Notes: generated by a model from the letters alone, not told the origin. Counted from the stretch's first letter, positions 36,905 through 50,089 are shown. The stretch is 64,000 bases of DNA from Mustelus asterias (GCF_964213995.1 NC_135814.1:32116001-32180000); one strand, 5' to 3'. Program-made: numbers and translations.

Positions 36905-38519
36905 GATTTTCCCAAGATATTGATTTAAATGATTTTATTTCTTGTGATGAAATTTTAAAATAACTTGGCATTTGGGAACTTGCTATCTTAAACTGAAGTT
37001 TATATGCGAGTATATCATGTGCCTTAATCTGAAGAGATAATGATTAGAGTTTGTATTATTTGCTAGTTTTGTCAGTTTGATGAGATGGTGGATAAGGGCA
37101 GAGGTGAGGGGCAGTTGGAAGGGAGAATGCTAATCCTGAAAATAGAAATATCTCAAACATAAAATAAATGTTCATGGTACGCACTGTTAATTGCCAAAAA
37201 TAGCATTATATATTATACAATGAACCTCATTCCGAATACCAACTTTAACAATACTGGCTACTTGTGCATTTTGATTTTCTGTAGATGTCATTAGATTAGC
37301 AGTGGAGCACACTTAAGTGAAAAGGCTACTAAATCAAAGAAAAAACACTTGCCCTGTTTACTCTCCTGAGTAATTTCCTTTGCTGTTTCAAAAAAGTGGA
37401 ACAGTTTTCATTGTTACTATTCATTGAACAAATAGATGATCATTCAATTGTAATTTAGTTGTCTACTGAGCTTATTACCACTGATGGCCTTGGATCTCAC
37501 TTGCCACCACCATTTTGAAACAAAATGATCTATTAATTTAAATGTGCTCCACTCTAATATGTTGGTAGGTACAGATATTCTCTGCGCATATTAGTATCAG
37601 CATATAATTGGTGATGGCTGGATTTATTGTTGTAAAGTATTGTTCTGATCCTTGACCAGACTTCAAAGCTTTTGGTAAGATCCAGTTAGGGACCACGTTT
37701 GAGATTCAAGACACTTGCAAAGAGAATAAAACTGAGTTTTGAACTAACAAAAATGAATTTTACTATACAAGATCAGAAAGGTAAAACAATTTACAATATT
37801 CCATCTTATACTCTAACATTCAGGGTTAATATGATGTACATGTAAATTAACAGACAAACTGTGGTCAAATATACCACAGTGCACAATAAATGGCAAAATG
37901 CAACCAAGGAAGAGCTCATGAATTTCTCAATAATCCATCCTGAGTAAACACTGAGTTAACCAATTTTGTTGAAATTCTGTCTCTCTGAGAGAATTCTATG
38001 GCAAGATCTTCAAAGGTGAAGCGTGGAATCCTTTGTGAAAGTACTTCCAAATCAGAGGTCGTCAATAATGGCTCATCTTGCAGGGTTTTAATATAGTTTC
38101 CCGAGACTCAATTTCCTTGGATTCCTGAGCTACATCCAGCACCTACTAACAAGCACAGCTTCAGCTCTTCAATAGAATACTACTGCTCCTAAGGGATACC
38201 TTGGCCTCCAGCACAGAGTCACCAATCTTACGCTGCCTTCTTAGAAAAAAAGGCTTCTCCCGAGCCCTCTTTAATTGCTGGGTCATCTCCTGAACCCTCA
38301 CCATTAAAAGTCTGCAACAGCAACCTTTACCTGCTTAGCAACTTAACTGGGACGTCTCTATAACCCCTTCCTGGGACTCTTCTTTGAAGATGGTGCCCCA
38401 CTTATGGGTCACAACTGTTTTTTTTGGCATCAGTTTTATTAAAAGTCTTCACACAGGCGGATGGGGCACGTTCTCGACCTAAAGAACAATAGAAATGGAC
38501 TGTGCATGCACTGGCTGCT

Positions 38520-39660
38520 TCTTTGATTTATTGTCACATGTATTAGTATTCAGTGAAAAGTATTGTTTCTTGCATGCTATACAGACAAAGCATACCGTTT
38601 ATAGAGAAGGAGAGAGTGCAGAATGTAGTGTTACAGTCATAGCTAGGGTATAGAGAAAGATCAACTTAATGCAAGGTAGGTCCATTCAAAAGTCTGCAGC
38701 AGGGAAGAAACTGTTCTTGAGTCGGTTGGGACGCGTCCTCAGACTTTTATATCTTTTTCCCAATGGAAGGAGGTGGAAAAGAGTACATCCGGGTTGTGTG
38801 GGGTCCTTAATTATGCTGGCTGCTTTTGAGAGACAGCAGGAAGTGTAGACAGTGTCAATGGGTGGGAGGCTGGTTTGAGTGATGGATGGGGCTTCATTCA
38901 CGGCCCTTTGTAGTTTCTTGCGGTCTTGGACAGAGCAGGAGCCATACCAAGCTGTGATACAACCGGAAAGAATGCTTTCTGTGATGCATCTGTAAACTTG
39001 GTGAGAGTCGTGGCGGACATGACAAATTTCCTTAGTCTTCTGAGAAAGTAGAGGCATTGGTGGGCTTTCTTAACTATAGTGTCAGCATAGGGGGACCAGG
39101 ACAAGTTGTTGGTGATCTGGACACCTAAAAACTTGAAGCTCTTGACCATTTCCACTTCGTCCCCATTGATGTAGACAGAGGCATGTCCTCCACTATGCTT
39201 CCTGAAGTTGATGACTATCTCCTTCATTTTGTTGACATTGAGGGAGATTATTGTCATTGCACAGTTCACCAGATTCTCTATCTCTTTCCTGACTCCGTCT
39301 CATCAGTATTTGAGATCTGTCCCACTACGGTGATGTCATCGGCAAACTTGAAAATCGAGTTGGAGGGGAATTTGGCCACACAGTCATAGGTGTATAAGGA
39401 GCATAGTAAGGGGCTGAGGACACAGCCTTGTGGGTACTTGTGTTGATAATGATCGTGGAGGAGGTGTTGTTGCCTATCCTTGCTGATTGTGATCTGTGAG
39501 TTAGGAAGTTCAGGATCCAGGCACAGAGAGAAGAACCGAGCCCCTGGCCATGGAGTTTGAGATGAGTTTCGTAGGAATAATGGTGTTGAAGGCTGAGCTA
39601 CAGTTGATAAATAGGAGTCTGACATAGGTGTTTTAGTTATCTAGGTGTTCCAGGGTTGAG
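38520..39660 (-). mobile_element. Rex1/Babar-like LINE 3' fragment
   Basis: PQGCVLSPLLCSLYTYDC...KFADDITVVG, FKFLGVQITNNLSW, ESILSGCITAWYG, RLKNSFFP; frameshifted. Confidence 0.85.
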
Positions 39661-40931
39661 CCTATGTGTGAAACTCCCAGGGCCAGTCAGGACTTGAAAT
39701 TCTGGAGCTTTGCTCTACTTGAAGGTAAATTTGGATTTCATAACAGTATAAAGAAAACAGAGCTAACTTTCCCACGATAAACAGAAATAGCATCATTGGT
39801 TCCAACAGCTCTAGATATTTTAGAACAAATGCAGAATACTTGTTCCAATTCTTAATCTATATAATACTGCCAGAGACACAGCAGTCACTTGATCAACCAA
39901 TCCCGTGGATTGCACTCGACCCCGTTCCAAAAGCAGCTGTGACTTGGGTACCTCTCAATTAAGAAACTTGACTTTGAACTGTAAGAGAGCTAGGGTCAAA
40001 AGATCCAATAATACATAATGTCAGGATGGTTATCTTAACCTTAGTATAGCCCATGTCTGTGTTTAACTTGCTTGTATTTACTTACATTTATAAAACAATG
40101 GGCCTGAGCATCCCTCAGTTGCAATCAGACTCAGATTGCCACTCTGCTCCTAGTTTTTTTTTACCTCAAATTTTCTTCAATCCTGTCTCACCCAATCTTC
40201 CAACATAGGCCAGGTAAGTTCTGGGCATTGCAAAGTGTCCTCAGAGCCTAGCGTCAAAGGCTGCTCTGTCGGATGCAAGAAGGCCATGGCCTCTTTTTAT
40301 GGCACTAGCTGCCGTAAACGGGGTTAAATTAGAAGTCCAAAAGAGTTTAAAGGCCTTGACAGGCCAGGAAAAAGGTATGTGTATAAGAATATGTAAGGTA
40401 CGTGGGTAGGATTTGCTGGGAGGGGATCTGGGGCAGTTTGGAGTCCTATGGGAGGTCGGTACAGTCTGTGCAATGGTTACCCAGAAGTTAGAAAACGTTT
40501 TAATTCTTCAATTTTTGGATAATTATTGATATAACCCAGTTGGAAACAAACAAAGTTTGCAATTTAAATGGCATTTTCAGATGGTTCTCATCACCCCCCA
40601 AACACGACAACATGATGCCCGGGAGCTTAGAAATTGCAACCCTATATCACTAATGTCGAATGCTAATAGCTTCACACTTCTGATTATTACTCAATAAGTT
40701 GTTTATTCCTCATTCAAAATATATTTTAAAACAGAGCAATTCATTCCTCATTTCAATACCTTGTCTCCTTGGCTTAAAAGAAAGAATTTGAACTGTTATA
40801 TCACTTTTCACCACCTCGTTACATTCCAGATTATTTATAGGCAATAAAGTGCAGACACTGCTGTATTATAGGAATTGTGACAGCCAGTTTGTGCACAGCA
40901 AGCCCCCACAAACAGCAATGGGATCATGACT

Positions 40932-41273
40932 GGCAGCGCAGTGGCACAGCACTTCCACTGCTGCCTCACAGCTCCAGAGACCCAGGTTCAAGTCCAGTCT
41001 TGGGCGACTATCTGTGTGGAGTTTACACGTTCTCCCCATGTCTGTGCGGGTTTCCTCCAGGTGCTCCAGTTTCCTTCCAAAGTCCAAAGATGTGCAGGTT
41101 AGGTGGATTGGCCATGCTAAATTGCCCCTTAGTGTCAGGGGGATTTGCAGGGTAAATACATGGGATTATGGGGTAGGGTCTGGGTGGGATTGTTGTCAGT
41201 GCAGACTCGATGGGCCGAATAGCCTCCTTCTGCACTGTGGGGATTCTATGATTCTGACTGGATAATCTGGTTT
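40932..41273 (+). mobile_element. HE1/V-SINE-like SINE
   Basis: Older copy of the same family; (gattctat)n tail. Confidence 0.85.
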
Positions 41274-42002
41274 TTCTGTAATATTGACTGAAGGATTAGG
41301 GACAACCCTCCTGCTCCTATTCAAAATAGTACAATGGGATCTTTTACATCCAACTGAGATGGTTTAAGGACTCATCTGAAAAACCAACAGAACTGCACTC
41401 CTTCAGCATCAGCAGAGATCTTTGTGCTCTTTAACCCTCTGATTGAGACTTGAACCCATGATCTGTGACTCAGAGGTGAGAATGCTTCCAACTAAGCCAT
41501 GGTTATCACAACAACTAACACACACACACAGGATGGCAGATCATTTGACCTCACTGTTGAAATCTTATATTGGGCAGTCAAATGGTACCAGCTGAAATAT
41601 TTTAAAATGAACAACATCCCAATGGTTTGGCCCATATTACATTGAGCAAGCCTTAACTGAAAGTATAAACAGCAATCCACAAATATTTTTGTTCAAACAT
41701 ATATGTGCATCTCCCTTCCAGTTAACTACTCTGCCTTTTACCTGTTAATATTAGGTTTCTACTTGTATTTGTTTTTGAATTGGAACCTGTGGTAATCTGC
41801 TCCCCATCATGTACCTTGTTTTCTTATTTTAATGAAGGAACTTGACTATATGTTTACTTGGCAAATTCCCTCGCACAATGTCATTAACTGAAAGAAAAAG
41901 GTGAATTCCAAAACATTTCTTTGTCAAGTGTTTTTCCCCCACTTTATAAAGATTATTTAGCAGAATAAAGCAGTGACAGATTCAATTTCAATTTGTCCTC
42001 AC

Positions 42003-42105
42003 CCTCTGTGCATTCACAAATAGTTTGTAAATAATGCTCCCTGTAGGTCCTCGTCCTGCTCCAACGACTGGTACCTCTGGCTGTTCTAAAAGAGAGCTCA
42101 CAAAC
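42003..42105 (-). CDS. RAB3GAP1: RAB3GAP1 exon
   Basis: ttattag|G TTT GTG AGC...CAG AGG|gtgagg; FVSSLLEQPEVPVVGAGRGPTGSIIYKLFVNAQR; 103 nt. Confidence 0.94.
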
Positions 42106-43942
42106 CTAATAAAAATAAATAAATCTGTGAATGACAAGTTTTCTGGCACACCTAACATTTCAGTTCAATTTTAGACAAATCTGAACGCTAGATTGGGCAA
42201 GACTATTGGAAACATCACAGATTAAGCTTTTATTATGCAGGACAGATAGGTTATAATGGAGCACGTTAAATATCATCAGTTAGTGCATTAATAATCCATA
42301 CTTCTAAGCAAAAAAAACACAAACATTCGAAACAAATATTTTACACAATACATGTTACTAAACAAACTTAAGATTGTGATATTCTAATAATATGATATCC
42401 CAAATCTCTGTGTCAATGCTTCTGTTTTAATTCCACTGCTAAATGAAAACAAAAATAACACTGGATGACTCAAGAGTTACTTGCTGACGTAATTAGGAAC
42501 CCTGGCTTGAGGTGAATTTTATCAAACTTGTTTCTAATTTATGGAAAATAAAATACCAGCAATGGACTACTTGAAAGCAAAGCAGGGACGTAAATTAGAA
42601 ATGAGTTTGGTGAAATTCTCCAGTGCAAAACTAAATTAGGAAAGGGCCCCAACTTTCTGGGGCAGAGAACAAAAATGTATGAATGGGGAAACCTGGGCAG
42701 GATTGGAATAACCGAATTCCGCAGATATTCCAACGATGTGCAGGAAAGAAATAACCCAGTTGGGGTCCCACAGCATCATCTTTTTAGTGTGGGGATGTGT
42801 CAATGTTTGTGCCCGAAGTTCACACATTTGTGCTTTGCAGAAGAAGCACTATGCGGGTATCAGAACCAAAAACTTGTAACAGTTTTCTTTCTCAGCCCAG
42901 CACTAGCGAGAAGGTAAGGAGTTCCCCCAGTGATGGTAAATGGCAGGAATTGGAGACGTAAATTCCAAATGTGTCCTTCCAAATTTATTAACGGGACCTG
43001 GTAGAGGGAAATGGCCCAGACCACTGACTGCAGTTGTTCAGGTAAGCCGGAACTGTCCAAATGGCCTTCCTGAACTCCACTATTCCACTTCAATGCAATG
43101 AGAAACAACGGGTTTTTTGATTAGACATGTTAGTTCCTGCCCATTGGTGTTTTACAACTTCTGAGATGTAACCATGAATTCCTCATAGGAATGTTTGGCA
43201 AATCAGATTGGCTAAACAAGATCAAAGCAAATGTGGTTTGGTGTTTGGGTTGCCTCTCTATGCAGCCAAAGGGCTGCTCAATACACCCAGGGTTTACTCA
43301 TCTTTGCCTGTCACATTCCTGGACAATTTCAATGTCTAATAACATCCAGTTCTAATGAAAGGTAGCACCTTGAAACATTTACTCTACTGTTTCTCCATCC
43401 ACAAATGATGCTCATCCTGTTGAGTATCTGGCATTGACTCATTTTGTTTTTAATCAGTTACATTGGATTAAGTACATTTTTCCCACAAATTATTTGACAA
43501 GAATATTAATGGATTTGTTTACTTAGACTGGGTTGGAGTTTCAGATGAGAACATTTTGTATCTATGTTTGAAGAACAGTTTTAATTCCTCAGAGTTCCTC
43601 ATCTGTCCTTGAATATTTCTCTGACAGGTTAGCCTATTCACTACAGGCTTTGGGTGGGAACAGGCCACTGGACTAGGATGCTCCAAAACATGTCCAAGTA
43701 TTGTTAAGGCTCTATCCAATTCAGAGAATTTCCGATTTCTGACCCCAGATCAGCAAATTCTATATTGTGGGTGTTTCCAAACACCAAAATGTTTCTTCTT
43801 GCCCCTGATGGGTTGGCCCACTGTTCGATATCCAACTTCCAAAGTGGGAGAAATGCAATTTCTGGTCTTGCTCAGGCAAAGTGACATGGTGCAAGTCTGG
43901 GTTCTAGGATCCTCCCCGAATCAAGAGACTCTGCTCACAGAG

Positions 43943-44451
43943 GCATAATGTGGAGATGCCGGCGTTGGACTGGGGTAAACACCGTAAGAGGTTTAACAAC
44001 ACCAAGTTTAAGTCCAACAGGTTTATTTGGTAGCAAAAGCCACACATGCTTTCGGAGCCTTAAGCCCCTTCTTCAGGTGAGTGGGAATTCAGTTCACAAA
44101 CAGGGCATATAAAGACACAAACTCAATTTACAGAATGGTTGGAATGCGAATACTTACAGCTAATCAAGTCTTTAAGGTGCAAACAATGTGAGTGGAGAGA
44201 GCATCAAGACAGGCTAAAGAGATGTGTATTGTCTCCAGACAGGACAGATTGTTTGTACCTTAAAGACTTGATTAGCTGTAAGTATTTGCATTCCAACCAT
44301 TATTCTGTAAATTGAGTTTGTGTCTTTATATGCCCGGTTTGTGAACAGAATTCCCACTCACCTGAAGAAGGGGCTTAAGGCTCCGAAAGGTTGTGGCTTT
44401 TGCTACCAAATAAACCCGTTGGACTTTAACCTGGTGTTGTTAAACTTCTTA
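43943..44451. mobile_element. Penelope-like fold-back element with about 200-bp arms and hammerhead cores on both strands
   Basis: Arms at about 43984-44187 and 44248-44452 are reverse complements; CACAGAG duplicated at 43936-43942 and 44452-44458. Confidence 0.8.
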
Positions 44452-45239
44452 CACAGAGACGTACCCAGGTGTCACGTTACTATTATTGGTAAGATGCTGC
44501 TCACAGTATTTCCTTCATTTTTATGAACTTCACAGTGAGAAGTGCAAATTTAAGTAAACAATTGAAACCTTGAATGGAAAACGCTTTTAAATTATGCATA
44601 TTTTGAATAAGAATATTGTATTTCACATGCAAATTGAGATAACGTTTCCATTGAAAATTTCTTAAACCAATGAAAATTCATTAAATGGCACCTTGATGTA
44701 TTTATTGAGAGATAAAAAGCTTTTGCTCAAGGGCAGCTCAGTTGGAGAATATTGGAGGTGTGCCTGAAGATTTTTTAGTGTAAAAGATGTGCTGTGACAG
44801 ATAAAACATTGGGAACCACTGATTTAGGGGACACAGTTTAAAAATAAGGCGTCATTTAAAACAGATGAGAAAAAACATTTTCAGTGGGTCGATGGTCACG
44901 GAATTTTCTTCCCCCAAGTTCATCATGAATCTGATGGTGTACAGCATAGAGAGGGAAGTAGAGTTGAGGCCACAATCAGATCAGCCATGATCTTATCAAA
45001 TGGCAGAGCAAGCTCAAAGGACCAAATAGCCTACTCCTGCTCCTAACTGGTGTATAATTTAAAGCGCCAATTTTCTGTGTAATGCAACATTACTTTTAAT
45101 AATTCTGCCTTAATGTTCAGCATAAAACAAACATTATTGCACCACAAAATACTTAACAGCAGTCTCAGGACAAAGCAGTTTTATTTTCATGTTGAAATCT
45201 ATCTTCAGTTTTTAAAAGGTTAAAATGCTTTCTGTTGTT

Positions 45240-46462
45240 TAAAAATATTCTTTGAGGAGGTAACAAGCAGGTTAGACAAAGGAAAGCTAGTGGATGTTAT
45301 CTGATTGGATTTCCAGAAGGCCTTTGCAATATGCAGCACAGAAAACTGCTGAACAAGAGCCCATAGTGTAGAGACAAGGTACTAACATGGATAAGAGATT
45401 GGCTGACTGGCAGAAGGCAGAGAGTAGCGATAAAAGGGTCATTTTCAGGATGGCAGCCAGTGACTAGTAGAGTTCCGCAGGGGTTAGTGTAGGGACCACA
45501 ACTTTTCACTTTATACATCAATCATCTAGATGAAGGAACTGAGGGCAGTGTGGCTACATTTGCAGGTGATACAAAGACAGGTGGAGGGACGGGTAGTATT
45601 GGGGAGGCGGCAGAAGGACTTGGACAGGTTAGGAGAGTGGGCAAAAAAGTGACAGATGGAATACAACGCAAGAAAGTGTGCGGTTATGCATTTTGATAGG
45701 AAGAGGAGGCATGAACTATTTTCTAAATGGGGAGAGAATTCAAAAACCACTAGCGCAAAGGGACTTGGGAGTCCTTGTTCAGCATTTTCTTAAGATTAAC
45801 TTGCTGGTTGAATTGGTAGTTAGGAATGCAAATGTAATGTTAGCATTCATTTTGAGAGGGCTAGAATACAAGAACAAGGATGTACTGCTGAGGCTGGATA
45901 AGATTCTGCTCAGACCGGAGTATTGTGAGCAATTTGGACCCCGTATCTAAGGAAGGATGTGCTGGCCCTGCAGAGGGTCCAGAGCAGGTTCATGAGAATG
46001 ATCCCAGGAATGAAAAGCTTAATGCGTGAGGAGCATTTGAGGACTCTGGGTCTGTACTCGATGGAGTTTAGAAGGATGAGGGGGGATGTCATTGAAACTT
46101 ATGGAATACTGAAAAACCTGGATACAGTGGACGTGAAGATGCTTCCATTAGTAGGCAAGACTAGGACCCGAGGGCACAGCCACAGAATAAAGGGATGACT
46201 ATTTAGAACCGGAGATGAGGAGGAATTTCTTCAGCCAGAGGGTGATGAATCTATGGAATTCACTGCCACAGAAGGCTGTGGAGGCCAGGTCATTGAGTAT
46301 ATTTAAGACTGCGATAGATAGGTTCTTGTTTGGTAAGGGGATCATAGGTTACGGGGAAAATGCGGGAGAATGGGGTTGAGAAACTTATCAGCTTTGATTG
46401 AATGTTGGAGCAGACTCGATGGGCCAAATGGCCTAATTCTGCTCCTATATCTTATGGTCTAA
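45240..46462 (+). mobile_element. Degraded CR1-type LINE
   Basis: YLDFQKAF-like, QRDLGVLV and LYSMEFRRMRGDVIETY remnants. Confidence 0.85.
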
Positions 46463-46610
46463 AAACTTTCGCACATTATAAACTTGTCTGTGGCTCTAAA
46501 TTTGTAAGCATCACAAAACACCAATATTTTGGGCTACTTCCATTTAACAGAAAATTATATCTACACCATCCTTTAACACTGGAGTGTATTTACATTGGAC
46601 AGAAGACAAT

Positions 46611-46892
46611 TAGCACAGTGGCTAGCACTGCTGCCTCACAGCGCCAGGGATCTGGGTTCGATTCCCGGCTTGGGTCATTGTCTATGCGGAGTCTGCATGT
46701 TCTCCCCGTGTCTTCCGGGCGCTCCAGTTTCCTCCCACAGTCCGAAAGACATGCTGGTTAGGTGTCTTGGCCATGCTAAGTTTTCCCTCCGTGTACCCAA
46801 TAGGCGTCGGAGTGTGACGACGAGGGGATTTTCACAGTATCTTCATTGCAGTGTTAATGTTAGCCTACTTGTGACACTAATAAATAAACTTT
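46611..46892 (+). mobile_element. V-SINE-like SINE with alternative tail
   Basis: Same head and core as the other SINEs, but the tail is ...cttgtgacactaataaataaac; second copy at 50808-51053. Confidence 0.8.
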
Positions 46893-47221
46893 AGTCACCT
46901 CAGAATTAAAAAACAACCACTAACAAGCTATTAAGGATAGAGCTTTGATATTAAATGGAAAACAGCAGCTTCCATTTATATAGCATCTTCAACATAATAA
47001 AATGTCCTCAGACTTTGATCACAAACTTTATCAAATGCAATTTGACAAGCCATGTGAGATGTTAGGACAGGTGCCCAAAAGCTTGGTCAAAGAGGCAAGT
47101 TTAAGAAGTGCCTTGAAGGAGAACAGAGTGACAGAAAGATTTAGGAAGCGAATTCCAGAGCTTGAGTGAGAGGCAGCTGATAGTACGGCCAAGAAGACAG
47201 ACCCAAGCAATGTGATACTAT

Positions 47222-47763
47222 GGGTGGGATTTAATAAAGGATATCCCTGGGTTAGTTTGGGTGGGGTGGTGCCGTGTCGTCATGCAGGAGAGTGTTGCAA
47301 GAGATCTTCCTGCCTAGAGGCCAACTGAAGCCCTTAATTACCCACTTAAGGGCCTCATCCCACAGTTGTGTATTCAACCAGCAGTGGGCAGGGAAATGAC
47401 CATGTGGAGAGACTGCCCAGCATGCTTGCAGCTCACATGGGCACAGAGGATTTGTCCCTTGCTGGATCCATGCATCCCCTCATGCCAGAGATCCCTATTC
47501 AAGCAGGTAAAGTAAATTACCAGCTACTGCTACTGCTGATAATGGAGAGATGCTGAGCCCTGCTCGGGGGCTGGATTTCCACTCCACTTGGGAAAGTAAA
47601 AATCATATATCCCCCTGCAGTCGGGAACCTTGGTGGTAGGTATCCCCCAATGCCAATTATTGCTTTAATTCCCTCAGGCTGTCCTGGATATGAGGTTGGC
47701 AGGGTTGCCAACAGTTTTGGTGGTAGGTGTCAGGCCCCCTGCAGCCCCCATTGAATTCCACCC
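47222..47763. mobile_element. PIF/Harbinger-like MITE
   Basis: TIRs GGGTGGGATTTA / TGAATTCCACCC (10/12 match); 3-bp TAT duplication on both sides. Confidence 0.6.
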
Positions 47764-48020
47764 TATATATTTACATGACCATAACCCCCTCATAGGTCTT
47801 TTCTACACTTGTGCCGTAGTAAATACTTTCACTTGATCTTTTTAGAATTATATATTTGTTCTTAAAATGTTATTTAAATTACACTCCATTGATCTAGTGT
47901 AACCTCAAATATTGCACAAGCTTATTCAGTGTCTATTTCAGATTTACCAAACTCACAAAGTTGCTAAATAAATGCAAAAATAATGACCAGGTTACAAATT
48001 AGGAAATCAATATCTTTTAC

Positions 48021-48136
48021 CTTTCCAATTCTTCACGTTCCTCTTCCTTTTCACATTTCTTAATTCCAAATTTGGCTTGAAGTGATCGTGATCTTGCAAT
48101 AATGGCTTCTGAAGCTATTATTTGACTAATTATTTC
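48021..48136 (-). CDS. RAB3GAP1: RAB3GAP1 exon
   Basis: ttctag|GAA ATA ATT...GAA AG|gtaaaa; EIISQIIASEAIIARSRSLQAKFGIKKCEKEEEREELER; 116 nt, preceded by a 95-nt intron. Confidence 0.92.
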
Positions 48137-48231
48137 CTAGAAGAAAGGTCATATAATTATGTTTTCCTATTATCTAAAGTCCTTTTTGCCCATTTGTTAA
48201 GTCTAATGAAAGTAATTCCAGCAAAACTTAC

Positions 48232-48335
48232 TTCCAATTTTTTGATATCAGGGTTTGAATATCTTAAAAGTTTGCTAGCGTGAGTAATGATGTGTTGAAT
48301 TATTTTTCTTACAGAGGGGATATCTTCTATAGATT
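48232..48335 (-). CDS. RAB3GAP1: RAB3GAP1 exon
   Basis: taacag|AA TCT ATA...TTG GAA|gtaagt; ESIEDIPSVRKIIQHIITHASKLLRYSNPDIKKLE; 104 nt. Confidence 0.92.
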
Positions 48336-48564
48336 CTGTTAAAGATGGTAAATAAATTAATAGTACCGTTAATACAGAAAGCTCAAAGAGAAAGCAACAT
48401 AGAAACTAGAATACTTTACAAGCCTAATAAACAGCTTAAGATTTAATCAGTTATCTCATTGGACATAAATTATGTGAAATACTGAAACTCTTCAATCATA
48501 AGCAATTAAAGTATTTAAAACTATTCATACTAATCTGTTGGAGAATCTAACAAAACTGTTTTAC

Positions 48565-48661
48565 CTTCTTCTTTCACCTTTAGCAATGCAGCATGCAAAA
48601 TGCATGGTAGCAAATGCCTGGTCAAATCTGCAGGTTTTAAGCCAACTAAATAGTGAAGAAC
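48565..48661 (-). CDS. RAB3GAP1: RAB3GAP1 exon
   Basis: tttcag|GTT CTT CAC...GAA G|gtaaaa; VLHYLVGLKPADLTRHLLPCILHAALLKVKEE; 97 nt. Confidence 0.93.
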
Positions 48662-49189
48662 CTGAAAGAAAACATATGTCTCATTATCTCAAGTATATAG
48701 GACTAAATCTGCAGATAAATACAACTTAAAAGTATGACTAAAAATCCATCAGTAATAACTTTAAAAGATTGCATTAGATATTACTTTAACTTGCGACTCA
48801 AGACTTGTAGTTATAAATTACATCATCCCTCTCCTACATATACAAAAATCTTCAACATACCAATTTCCTCTGCATATCTTACAAAATTCAATAAAATTTA
48901 AAACCATAAACGTCAAGTTATCTTGTTTAAAACTTTTGTACTTGGGTATGGTTTGATATGGTTCTCTACCCAATGAAGTTCAAAGAAACATATAGGAGTT
49001 ATGAAACAGATCATTTAACCAACCCAGACTGTGTTCATGTTTATCCTCTAGTTGAGCAAATTGTGCTAATCATATACCCATAATCCAATTTTGCATGGCA
49101 AGTTAGTTTCTGCCTTGACTACTAACTCAGACTAAATTTCAGACTCCCAATTGTGAAGATATTTTCATACCCTCTTCTAAATCACTTGT

Positions 49190-49578
49190 GTTTATCTTTG
49201 GGCCTTTGTTTTTGATCTCTCAAGTACAAGACCTCGCACTTGCCCACGTTGAATTTCATCAGCCACTTCTTGGACCACTCTCCTAAACTGTCTAAATCTA
49301 AGGTGAGAGGGGAGAGATACAAAAGTATTCAGAGGGGCAATGTTTTCACACAGAGGGTGATAAGTGTCTGGAACAAGCTGCCAGTGGTAGTAGTAGAGGC
49401 AGGTACAATTTTGTCTTTTAAAAAGCATTTAGATAGTTACATGGGTACGATGGGCATAGAGGGATATGGGCCAAATGCGGGCAATTGGGATTAGCTTAGG
49501 GGTTTAAAAAAAAAAAGGGTGGCATAGACAAGTTGGGCCGAAGGGCCTGTTTCCATGTTGTAAACCTCTATGACTCTA
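49190..49578 (+). mobile_element. CR1 3' end preceded by an inverted CR1 piece
   Basis: 49280-49578 matches 52419-52695; about 49200-49279 is a CR1 RT piece in the opposite orientation. Confidence 0.75.
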
Positions 49579-49861
49579 ATTTCACCAACCTTTTCAGTAC
49601 TGCGTCCATAACTATCGTTATACTTTCAAATTGTTGCAGCTCCTGTTCTTATATCGTTACATTTCTCAATATCATACTCAAGTGTAACCTGAAGTGAAGT
49701 TTATCTTATTACAAATTTTCTTTCTCATCCCGAATTCTCCTTTTCAAGTACCTGAGATCCTATACTGTTTCCCTGCCCTGCAGCCTTTTTCCATTCCTTC
49801 TCTCAGCTTTCTTTTTGCTTGCCCTTAATATATCATTCACAACTATTTAAATCATTTATAC

Positions 49862-50089
49862 CTTCTCAGCCTCCCTTGTGTCATCAAAGAGACGTCTTTG
49901 TCTTCGAGCAGGAATTGGCTTTGCCGTTTCCCAAGCCTCCGCCCACATGTTGCCAGGGATTTTCATTCTGGCACTCAACTCTTTTCTGAGAACCTTGTCA
50001 CCTGCTTCATCTGTGTATTCTTCCTCAATATAGTCACGAGGAGAGTACCACCTCACAAAATCTTCCAAACAACAGCCAGGGTTTGCAGC
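49862..50089 (-). CDS. RAB3GAP1: RAB3GAP1 exon with catalytic-arginine motif WYSPRD
   Basis: tcttag|GCT GCA AAC CCT...GAG AAG|gtataa; AANPGCCLEDFVRWYSPRDY...LFDDTREAEK; 228 nt. Confidence 0.96.
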
